NCBI GenBank assembly: GCA_951406725.2
Contig: OX597817.1
Location: forward strand, 134,664,001-134,728,000
DNA from: Octopus vulgaris
Lineage: Eukaryota
Length of the DNA: 64,000 nt
Direction: 5' to 3'
Shown: in pieces, positions 54,156 to 64,000 of the stretch
Numbering within the stretch: position 1 is the first letter of the stretch
How the letters are laid out: the number at the start of each line of letters is the position of its first letter
Program-made: the position numbers and the translations under genes
Notes under the pieces: model-generated
The model's input: the letters and a program-made list of their open reading frames with translations, nothing else
Database searches by the model: none
Told to the model about the DNA's origin: nothing

Positions 54156-55092
54156 GAAACAACAAAAGCTATAAAACAAATGAAATCCAAACTAAAAATA
54201 GAACAGCAACGAACCATGATAAAAGGATAGCAAGAAAAGCCCCTTCATGGCAAATACTGGACTAAACTAAATGCAACAGAAATAGACAAAGAAAAATCCC
54301 AGCAATAGTTGAGAAGCTCAGGACTCAAAGCAGAGACAGAGGGATTTTTAATTGCAACACAAGACCAAAGCCTCTCCACCAGAAATTACCAAAAACATGT
54401 AATGAAAAGAAATATAACAAGTAACTGCAGAATGTGTGGAGATGGACAAGAAACAATAAATCATATTATCTCTGGCTGCCCAGTCCTGGCTAAGAAGGAA
54501 TATATTCACAGACACGACAGAATTGGGACCTACATACACTGGAAGCTATGCCAACATTATGGAATAACAACACAAAAAAGATGGTATAAGCACACACCAG
54601 AAAAGGTCACAGAAAACGAGAAAGCAACCATACTCTGGGATATGCCAATACTCACAGATAGAGAAATTAAGGCCAACAGACCAGATATAGTTGTCAGAGA
54701 TCATGAAGAAAAAAAATACTTTCTAATTGATGTATCAATACCAACAGATGACAACGTGTCTCCAAAAGAAATGGAGAAACCTTCAAAATACAAAGACCTG
54801 GAAATAGAAGTAACCAGAATGTGGAATCTAAGAACAGAAACAATTCCTATCATAGTAGGTGCATTAGGCATGATAAAAAAATATTCAGACAAATACATAA
54901 CAAAAACACCAGGACTTACAAACACATATAACATACAGAAAATTGCACTACTAGGCACTGCACACATCCTACGCAGAACACTTTCAATACAGTAACCATC
55001 AGAGCATCACAACAAATCACAGCACATACCCAAGGCAGACAGAGCTGCGCTGGGTAGTGAAGTGAAAGCACGCTATAAAAATAAAAGTACTC
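52831..55092 (+). mobile_element. R4/Dong-clade non-LTR retrotransposon copy A, 5'-truncated, decayed
   Basis: RT motifs GIFQGDTLSP, LYMDDLKL, KFGLEKC, YKYLG; HPKSDIERLY...RGL; CCHC CRMC...H...C; RHD; REL RPDIV...IDVS...K..KY. Flanked by (TAA)n. Confidence 0.92.
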
Positions 55093-55184
<92 letters not shown>

Positions 55185-58082
55185 GCTAATGAGCTAAAAA
55201 ATCAAATCATCATTGAACGGCTGAAAATTAAAGAAACCAGTATGGATGAACGCGATACACTCCCTAAAATCAGCAACTCTAACCAAAACATGAAAATAAT
55301 TGGCAAAATCCGACTTGCACTTAAGGATATAATTTCAGCTAATGATGTTGATATCACAGATCTCAACCACCTATACTATGCATCCGCGAAAATCTCAACG
55401 ATCTTATGTGGTGAACAGATTAGAAGACGGCAACATTCCCACAAAAAGCCTTCTTGGCAAGAGCGTATCCAACAACAAATTAAACTATTTAGATCTGACG
55501 TTGAATATTTGAAAAGCCTTAAGGTTGACAAGACTACCAAACCTACAAAAACCCCAAAATTAATGAAAAAATATAAAGTGAAAACTATACTTGATATTGA
55601 TGCCACCATAGAAACCATCAAGCAAAAGGTATCTGCTAAAGCTGCCCGCATAGCGAGGTATGAAAAGCGTGTTAGATGCTTCAAAGACAACAGCATGTTC
55701 AAAAGTAGCCCCAAAACTTTTTACAGGAAGATAGGAAAAACACCAGTTACTGTAAAGTCTGTACCATCAAAAGAAGAAGTGCAGAGATTTTGGAATAAAA
55801 TTTGGGCAGAAGAAAAAACATACAACGAAAAGGCCCCCTGGATTGATAGCATATCTACAGGACTCCTTAGAAGAGCAAAAGTGGGAGGGTGGAAGTCTCC
55901 AGGAAAGGATAACATTCCTAACTTCTGGTTGAATGCCTTCCTAGAGAGCCATAAACTGCTAACAGATTTTACAATGATGTTTTGCAACACCCTAGTAGGA
56001 TGCCTCCTTGGCTAGTTAATGGGTTAACATTCCTGCTTCCAAAAAGTGAAGAAACAAATGAACCAAAACCTATAGACCCATAACCCGTTTAACAACTATG
56101 TATAAAACGCTAACATCTGTCCTGACGGAATATACCTATAGGTTTTTAACAGACAGCAGCATATTCCCTAATGAACAAAAAGGATGTAAACTTGGATCCT
56201 ATGGTTGTAAAGATCAACTACTCATCAATAAGATGATCTTAGAAGATTGTCACAAACGACACAAAATCTTATCAATAGCCTGGATGCCTGGAAATGTATA
56301 AAATAGCATCTATTCTGCGAAACTTTTTGTCTGTAAGTATGAGATCATGGAGAACCACACTAACTTTGAACAGTGACAATGAATCTCTAAATGCTGGTGA
56401 TGTAAAAATTTCATGTGGCATTTTCCAGGGTGACTCACTATCACCACTCCTCTTTTGGTTAGCCTTAATACCTCTCTCAAAATTGCTCAATGGTTATAAA
56501 ATGTTTGATAAAAATATAAATCATCTCATTTACATGGATGATTTAAAGCTCTTCGCAAAAAATGACCAACAACACAAGGGCTTACTAGAGATTGTTAAAC
56601 AATTCAGTGATGACATCAGAATGCAATTTGGCCTCGATAAGTGTGCAAAAGCTACCTTTATCAAAGGGAAAATGACAGAAACATCTAACGTTAACCTTGA
56701 CCAACAGAATGTCATAAGAGAATTAGACCCAGCGGAGAGCTACAAGTACCTAGGGGTAATTGAAGGGGACGGAATAAGGCATTCAGTGATGAAGGAAAGG
56801 ATCAGGAGAGAATGTTATCGCAGAGTAAGAGCAATACTCAAGACAGAGCTGAATGCGAGAAACAGGATCAAAGCGATCAATGCTTTAGCCATACCAGTCG
56901 TGACTTACAGTTTCAATATCGTTAACTGGTCAATTACTGAAATATGTAACCTTGACAGAAACATACGAAAAGTGTTGGCATTGCATAGAATGCACCACCC
57001 TAAGGCAGATATAGAACGACTTTATATGCCAAGAATAGAGGGAGGCCGTGGACTTTTACAACTGGCAATAACAATGAAGATTGCTACAATTGGCCTAGAC
57101 AACTACCTGAAAAACTCTGCGGACTGGATGTTAAAACTTGTCTCAAAACATGAAAACAAGAAAGCATCATACTCAGTAACAAAACAGACAAAGAAATATC
57201 TAAGTGAATTCCGAATACAATAACTTGCGGAATTAGACATACAAGAAACAAGCACAGAAAAAGCTAAAAGCATGGAAACCCGTGCTAAAACTGCTGCCTT
57301 AGATATTCTGAATGATAATGGCAAGAAAAACCTCTCTATGGCAAATATCCAAAGAGAGCGAATAATGCAGATGTTGACAAAGCCCTGACCCATCAATGGC
57401 TAATGGCCTCAGGTTTAAAATCTGAAACAGAAGGTTTTTATCATAGCAGCTCAAGATCAATGCCTACCAAGAAGAAACTACCAGGCCAACATATTAAAGA
57501 ACGGCAGTAGCCCAACATGTCGTGTACGTCAACAACAAAATGAAACCATTGATCATGTTGTCTCCAAGTGCAGTCTTCTAGCGCCTACAGAGTATCTCAA
57601 CAGGCATGATAGAGCTGCACTATATATTCACTGGGTAATTTGCAGAAACCTGGATTTGCCCCATGAAAAAAACTGGTGGGAACACAAACCACCTCCAGTG
57701 CTTGAAAATGACCACATCTCACTCCTCTGGAACTTCACCATTCAAACTGACAGAAATATAGATGCAAATAGGCCAGACATCATATTGAAAGACTTCACAC
57801 AAAGAATATGCCTCCTCATTGATATGACTGTCCCAATCGATATAAACGTATCTGTCAAGACCTACCAAAAACTGAGCAAATATATCCTACGCAAAATACT
57901 TTCTATGTAATCCCAAGGTTTAAAACAAACATAGTTTTCGCTTTTTTTTTTTTGACATTCACTAGTACAACACCCCAAAAAGGCATAACAACAACATGAA
58001 CTTCCAACCTGTTGCCTCTTGAGGTCTCTGGGTGAGACTTGGAGCCAACTTGTACAAATATAAAGCAAGAGTCAAACATAAA
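55185..58082 (+). mobile_element. R4/Dong-clade non-LTR retrotransposon copy B (different subfamily), internally deleted
   Basis: SPGKDNIPNFW, EQKGCK, GIFQGDSLSP, IYMDDLKL, HPKADIERLYMPRIEGGRGL, RHD, RPDIIL...IDMT...K.SKY. Spread over several broken ORFs and flanked by (TAA)n. Confidence 0.92.
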
Positions 58083-58115
58083 ATAATAATAATTATAATA
58101 ATAATAATAATAATA

Positions 58116-58171
<56 letters not shown>

Positions 58172-58191
58172 AATGATGATGATGATGATGA

Positions 58192-58740
58192 TAAATGCCC
58201 TGATGCAGTACCAGGCAGTGATTCACGTGGCTTCTGATCGTAACTGATTGGAAGTGTTATCATGTTTTGTCTTGGTATAAAAGATGGGCTACAGCAAATA
58301 TTCTGCTCTATACCACAGATTTACTTGTCAGTTGTTTGACCTTAACTATTTGACCATGTCCCTTAGAGGCTGACGATATGTGCATCTCTGACCACGAGCA
58401 GAAGTAGTGAAGGAGCACCATAGCTATGTGTTGAGAGGGATTCTTTGGGGTTTGAATGATTCACCTCTGGAAACATGGGTGTTTCGTTCAACATCCTTAA
58501 ACAACCCTTATTTAAGGACCTTTTGACGGGATGGGTTACTTGACCAGAAAAAATTCTAACTGCCCCCCCCTTGCAAGGTCATGTGCTGTTTATCTTGATA
58601 TGAGATCACCATGTCGCGCACATATGGTTGTGATGCATGTGCCTAGTGTACCCTTATCAGACGGATAGTCATGATGGGTATACTGGGCTTCGCATATTTT
58701 ATCTTACCGTCACTTTGATCGCATGCACTGCTCCTCACTC
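58192..58740 (+). mobile_element. ~550-bp non-coding element bounded by (TGA)n/(TAA)n
   Basis: Sharp SSR boundaries and no meaningful ORF. The 3' end ACTC-AATAAT is like that of Dong copy A. Confidence 0.5.
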
Positions 58741-58814
<74 letters not shown>

Positions 58815-58996
58815 TAACGATTCTGCCAGGTCGCCGCCTTAAGTTAGTTGTGATAATAACAGTTCGATGGTGATACTGGGAAAGTTAGTAAGATGGTGAC
58901 GGCGATAGCGGTGGTGGTGGTAGTCGTGGTCGTGGTGGCGGTGGTGGTGTTGGTAGTGTTGGTGATGTTTGTGTCATCGTCGTGATCGTGGTCGTT

Positions 58997-59120
<124 letters not shown>

Positions 59121-59235
59121 GGGTGATGGTGGTGCTGCTGATTGAGCATTTTAGTGCTGTGATTATGACAATAGAGATAGTAGTGCTGGTGTCAACGCTG
59201 AGAAAGCGGCGGTGGTTGCGGTGGGGAAGGTAGTG

Positions 59236-59284
<49 letters not shown>

Positions 59285-60636
59285 GTGTGTGTGATAGTTG
59301 ATGGTGGTATGGGTGGTAGTGCTGGTGGTGTGTGAGAGGGAACCAGTGTTGGCGGTGCAAAGGGCGGCGTTAATCGATAGATTAAATAAACTGAATCTCA
59401 TTGAACCGCTCTCAAGAGACCTTTCTCTGTGTATATTGGGCGATGGTATTGAGCAAGTAATAAGAGAGAAGGAAGAAGGAGTGGAGAAGGAAACCCTAAA
59501 CCGAGAGACGGGAAAAGGGAGAGAAGGGGAGGAGAGGAAGCAGGCTTGAGCGAGAGTGAGGGAGAGAGAGAAGGAAATGACGTAGACTTGAGAGAGAAAG
59601 AGAGAAAAAAGAAAGTAGGCGTACTTGAGAGAGAGAGAGAGAGAGAGAGAGAAAGAAAGGAATTAGGCTTCAGAGAGAGAGGGGGCGGGAGAGAGAGAAG
59701 GAAAGGAAGTAGGCTTTAGAGAGAGGGGGAGAGACGGGAGAGACAGAGAAAAACAGGGAAAGAGAGAATTATGAAGAGAGAAAAAGAAGGGAGAATGAGA
59801 GATGAGATGAGAGAGGAAGAAAGAAAGGAAGGAAGAACGAATGAAACAAAGAAAAAGTGAGAAGGCAAGAGAGAGAGAAGAAAGAGAGGGTAAGAGAGAG
59901 AACGAAAGAAAGAAAGAAAGAAAGAGAGAGAGGGGGTAGAAAATACAGAGAGAAAGAGAGAGAGTATGTGTTACTGAGAGAGAAAGAGTGTAAAGCTTGC
60001 TGGGTCGGAGTTTATACAGACTTGTTATATCGACAGCAAAAAAAAAAAACGGGGAAGATGGGTGGGGGGTCGAGTGATAGTTAATATGTTAACCTTTGAC
60101 ATTTAGAACTATTACTAGCGAATGACAAGCTAGAGCTCTTTAATACAGAGGAACACATTTAACACTCAAATTGAATCCAATAATGCTTCCGTTTCACCAC
60201 CAGCCCCTTGAGTACCCGCAACCCCAACAACATCCAGCACCTCCTGCGCAGATGACATCCCCGGCTTGAAAGACGAGCAATAAATAGCGATAATGACGTT
60301 CACAATAATTATTATCGCCATCTTCGCCATCACAGTTATTACCGACTTCATCACCATCATCATCATCAGCAGCAGCAGCAGTAGTAGCAACAGTAGCCTC
60401 ATATATCATCACCATTTATCCTCATCACCACCATCATCATAGTTTTCATCGTCATCATCTCCGTTATCGTTGCATATTCTTATTATTGTTGATATCATTA
60501 TGAATATTATTAGGTGAAAAATCGTGATCATGTTTATTATTGTCATCTTCATCATCACCATCATCATCACCATCAACATCATCGTCGTTGTCAACAGCAT
60601 CAACTTCATAAATATCATCATCATCGACATCAGCAC

Positions 60637-60708
<72 letters not shown>

Positions 60709-60713
60709 CATCA

Positions 60714-60769
<56 letters not shown>

Positions 60770-60861
60770 TTATTGTTGTAGTAATAGTAGTTTTTGCTAT
60801 AACCAGATTATAAATATTATTTTCATCATCATCATCATCATTACCATTATTATTATTGTTA

Positions 60862-60892
<31 letters not shown>

Positions 60893-60897
60893 TATTA

Positions 60898-60950
<53 letters not shown>

Positions 60951-60963
60951 GTTATTATTATTA

Positions 60964-60998
<35 letters not shown>

Positions 60999-61021
60999 GT
61001 TATTATTATTATTATTATTAA

Positions 61022-61088
<67 letters not shown>
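60637..61088. repeat. Long compound (TAT)n/(CAT)n tract
   Basis: Directly visible. Confidence 0.95.
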
Positions 61089-61091
<3 letters not shown>

Positions 61092-61567
61092 ATATTTGCG
61101 AGAAAAAAAGCGAAAGCCAAAAAGGAGCTGAATAATGAATGTTGAATGTTCAGCGATGCATGTCCGTGTTGGGTGTTGGGGCAAAGATTTGTGGAATAAT
61201 CATTGAAGTGTCAACTTAATTAGATATATCTTAGATAGGTGCAATGAAGCGTATAACTGGATGGACATCATAGGTTTTCAATATGGCGGCTATTGAAAAA
61301 TCACCTCACAGATCTATTTGTTAACTAAATATCGATGAACTCTTTCTGGGATATGATAGGATATCGTATGATATAGATATACATATAAAGTAACATATGT
61401 GTGTGTGTATATGTGTATACATGTGTATGTGTGTGTATGTGGGGGGTGAGTATGAATGCAAACGTGTGTGTGGGGCAGCATGCAGTTGACATAGCGTAAA
61501 TATATTAGTGATTTTCGTTCAGTGTAACTTCATATACGCTTAAGCACGTGTTTCCGCGAATGTATAC

Positions 61568-61625
<58 letters not shown>

Positions 61626-61648
61626 GTATACATGTATATACATATAAA

Positions 61649-61723
<75 letters not shown>

Positions 61724-62547
61724 GTGTATATATATATGTATATATATATTTATATATGTATATATATATATGTACATTTATATGTATATACATGTATATA
61801 TATACATATATATCTGTACATACTGACTTAGAGTTGTATGTACAAATGTACACATTACAAAAGCTCACACAGGTATATAAATACGTAATGGGCTAATCAT
61901 CATATATTCATATGTCCAATGCGTTGCGCTGTGGAACGGAACTCGAAACCAATTTGTTACGAAACAGACCTTTTCACCACACTGCATTGGCAGCTCTTAT
62001 ACACACACGCAAACACACACACACACACACACATACACAAAATGCTACTTTGAACGTTCCGGAAGAATTCCTTTTTTAGCCTGCACGTGCTTTTGACAAT
62101 CACCTGCAGCCTGGACACATTTCACCCATCGTTGATCATATAATAAAACTGTATTTGTGTAGTAAACTGTGAACAGAACAACGAATTTTTATTTGTTTAA
62201 GTTGCTCAACAATCAATGTCAGATCTCGTATGTTTGATGAACTCAATATGTGAGAAAATAATGTATTTATTATTTAAAAATCTCTCTAATAGTACACAAC
62301 TGTTTCATCATTTCTTGTTTCATCAAAGCAGAGTGGGGGTGATTCATGTAAAAATGTTATGCTTTTATAGGTCAGAAGAAGAAACAAGAAATTAATTACG
62401 ATTATTATATATCAATTTCGCTTCATATCAGTAGGAAATTTGTGAGGGATTAATAAAACAATAGTAAAATTTATTAAATTTATTTCCTCCTACAAACGTT
62501 CACCGTAATCTATAGAAATTCAGATATGACGAACTAATTATTTTCAG

Positions 62548-62816
62548 TAAAGATTGTTTACCAACATAACATAGCAGTCCTGGTTTAGGACGAATATTGC
62601 TGTAATCTAGCCCCAGGAAACATCGTCTCCAGCTGGCTATACGACATGATCTGTGTCCTTATATTTTCGAATAAGGGAATCTAGCACCCCTTTGTTTGAA
62701 AATATAAGGACACAGATCGTGTCGTATAGCCTGCTGGAGAAGTTTCCTGGGGCTAAATTACAGCAACATTCATCCTAAACCAAGACTGCCATGTTACGTT
62801 GGCAAACAATCTTTAC
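62548..62816. mobile_element. Fold-back/MITE-like element with ~130-bp imperfect arms
   Basis: TAAAGATTGTTT...GATCTGTGTCCTTATATTTTC / GAAAATATAAGGACACAGATC...AAACAATCTTTA, with a spacer of about 10 bp and TA at both ends. Confidence 0.85.
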
Positions 62817-63049
62817 TCCAAAGTACTGTTGCTGAATATCTCTCGTTGTGAGATTTAATAATAGTAATTTCCTAATTATTTTCAGCCACTCTACGGTGAG
62901 GCGTTATAATTTGATCGATGATTATTGATGAATGTCCGGTTCATGATCTAAGTATACTCATGCAGAATATGAGGTTTGGGAGCCTTAGACACACAACATT
63001 CCTCGCCATGTACTGCAGTCTCATTCTTTAGCCGGTAGGGACCCCCACG

Positions 63050-63400
63050 TACTGTTCTTGACAATACGACAAAGATATTTCACATTTTTGACATTTGCTT
63101 GTCGTCTTCAACATTTTCCCACCGGACTAAACCGTTCGTTCTACGAACCATATCAACTAGTAAGTAGTACTCGCTTGTAGTTCGCCATCACAAACGACCC
63201 CAGTTGTCTAGTTACCACTACATTTAGTGTACCCGCTTCACTCCCTAACAACGCTACTGCAAGAATCAGGGAGCTTAAGCATTTCAATTTGGTGCGTTTG
63301 ATAAAGGTGCTATCTGTTTATATTGTATTGCGCAACCTCAAGTCTGATCTTTCTGCACCTATTCTTACCCTTGCATCCAGATTGTAGTCTATTGTTTGGT
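63050..63400 (-). mobile_element. Degenerate RTE-clade LINE fragment
   Basis: RIGAERS...KRTKLKCLSSLILAVALLGSEAGTL...RQLGSFVMANYKRVL matches the RTE post-RT motif (tKl.l..slv.sv.LYGsEaWtL....L.aFeM..yRrlL). Confidence 0.55.
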
Positions 63401-63565
63401 CAAATATTTGAATTATCAAACTGGAAAAGCTTTGCGCCGTATGGTAAGGTGGAATTGTTCTTTCGCACCTACCATGATGTCTGCTAATCTGCACTTAAAG
63501 TTTATTAGTAACTCCACTTTGTGAATTAATCTCTGATCTTCGGCCGTACATACGTATGCATGTAC

Positions 63566-63632
<67 letters not shown>

Positions 63633-63717
63633 TATAAGGGTAAAAATCAAGTTAATGATTTTTATCAGGTAGTCAGCATGCTATAAATATTTATAGGTAA
63701 TTAATACATTAAGTTTA

Positions 63718-63792
<75 letters not shown>

Positions 63793-64000
63793 AAATATAT
63801 CGAGGGAGTTAGGCCAAAACTACCTGTCTCCAGCATGCTTTAAGTGCCGATAAATTCCAAAAACTACCCGAAAACCCCAGCTAAATGTACAGCTAAATGG
63901 ACCGGAAGCGGGCTTTTGAGAGAAAATTAAAAATACCTCATGTTAATTGTGTATTGGTTCCAATTTCTAGATTAAAGCAAAAACATAAGCTTTCTTCCTT

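Noticed and set aside
60166-60402. Secreted peptide ORF on the minus strand (MRLLLL...)
   Set aside because: The hydrophobic stretch derives from CTG/ATG triplet repeats.

Overview
AT-rich eukaryotic DNA, almost certainly intronic or intergenic. The repeat families look like those of Octopus/coleoid cephalopods; this is my recognition, not a database result. No host protein-coding gene can be supported, and almost all ORFs in the track are translations of microsatellites. The window is a mosaic of SSRs and transposon relics: one full-length decayed DD37E Tc1-like transposon with long IR/DR ends, R4/Dong-type RT-REL LINEs in (TAA)n, Tx1/L1-type LINEs in (GATA)n, CR1 and RTE remnants, at least four tRNA-SINE families, and fold-back elements. 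The most notable signal is about ten type-I hammerhead ribozyme motifs, some intact and most decayed. They lie in short Penelope-like (PLE) units, mostly inserted in (TA)n. Several of these units carry an inverted duplication around the ribozyme, including a back-to-back double hammerhead palindrome at 44487-44617. All alignments and folds were done by eye, and boundaries of degenerate elements are approximate.
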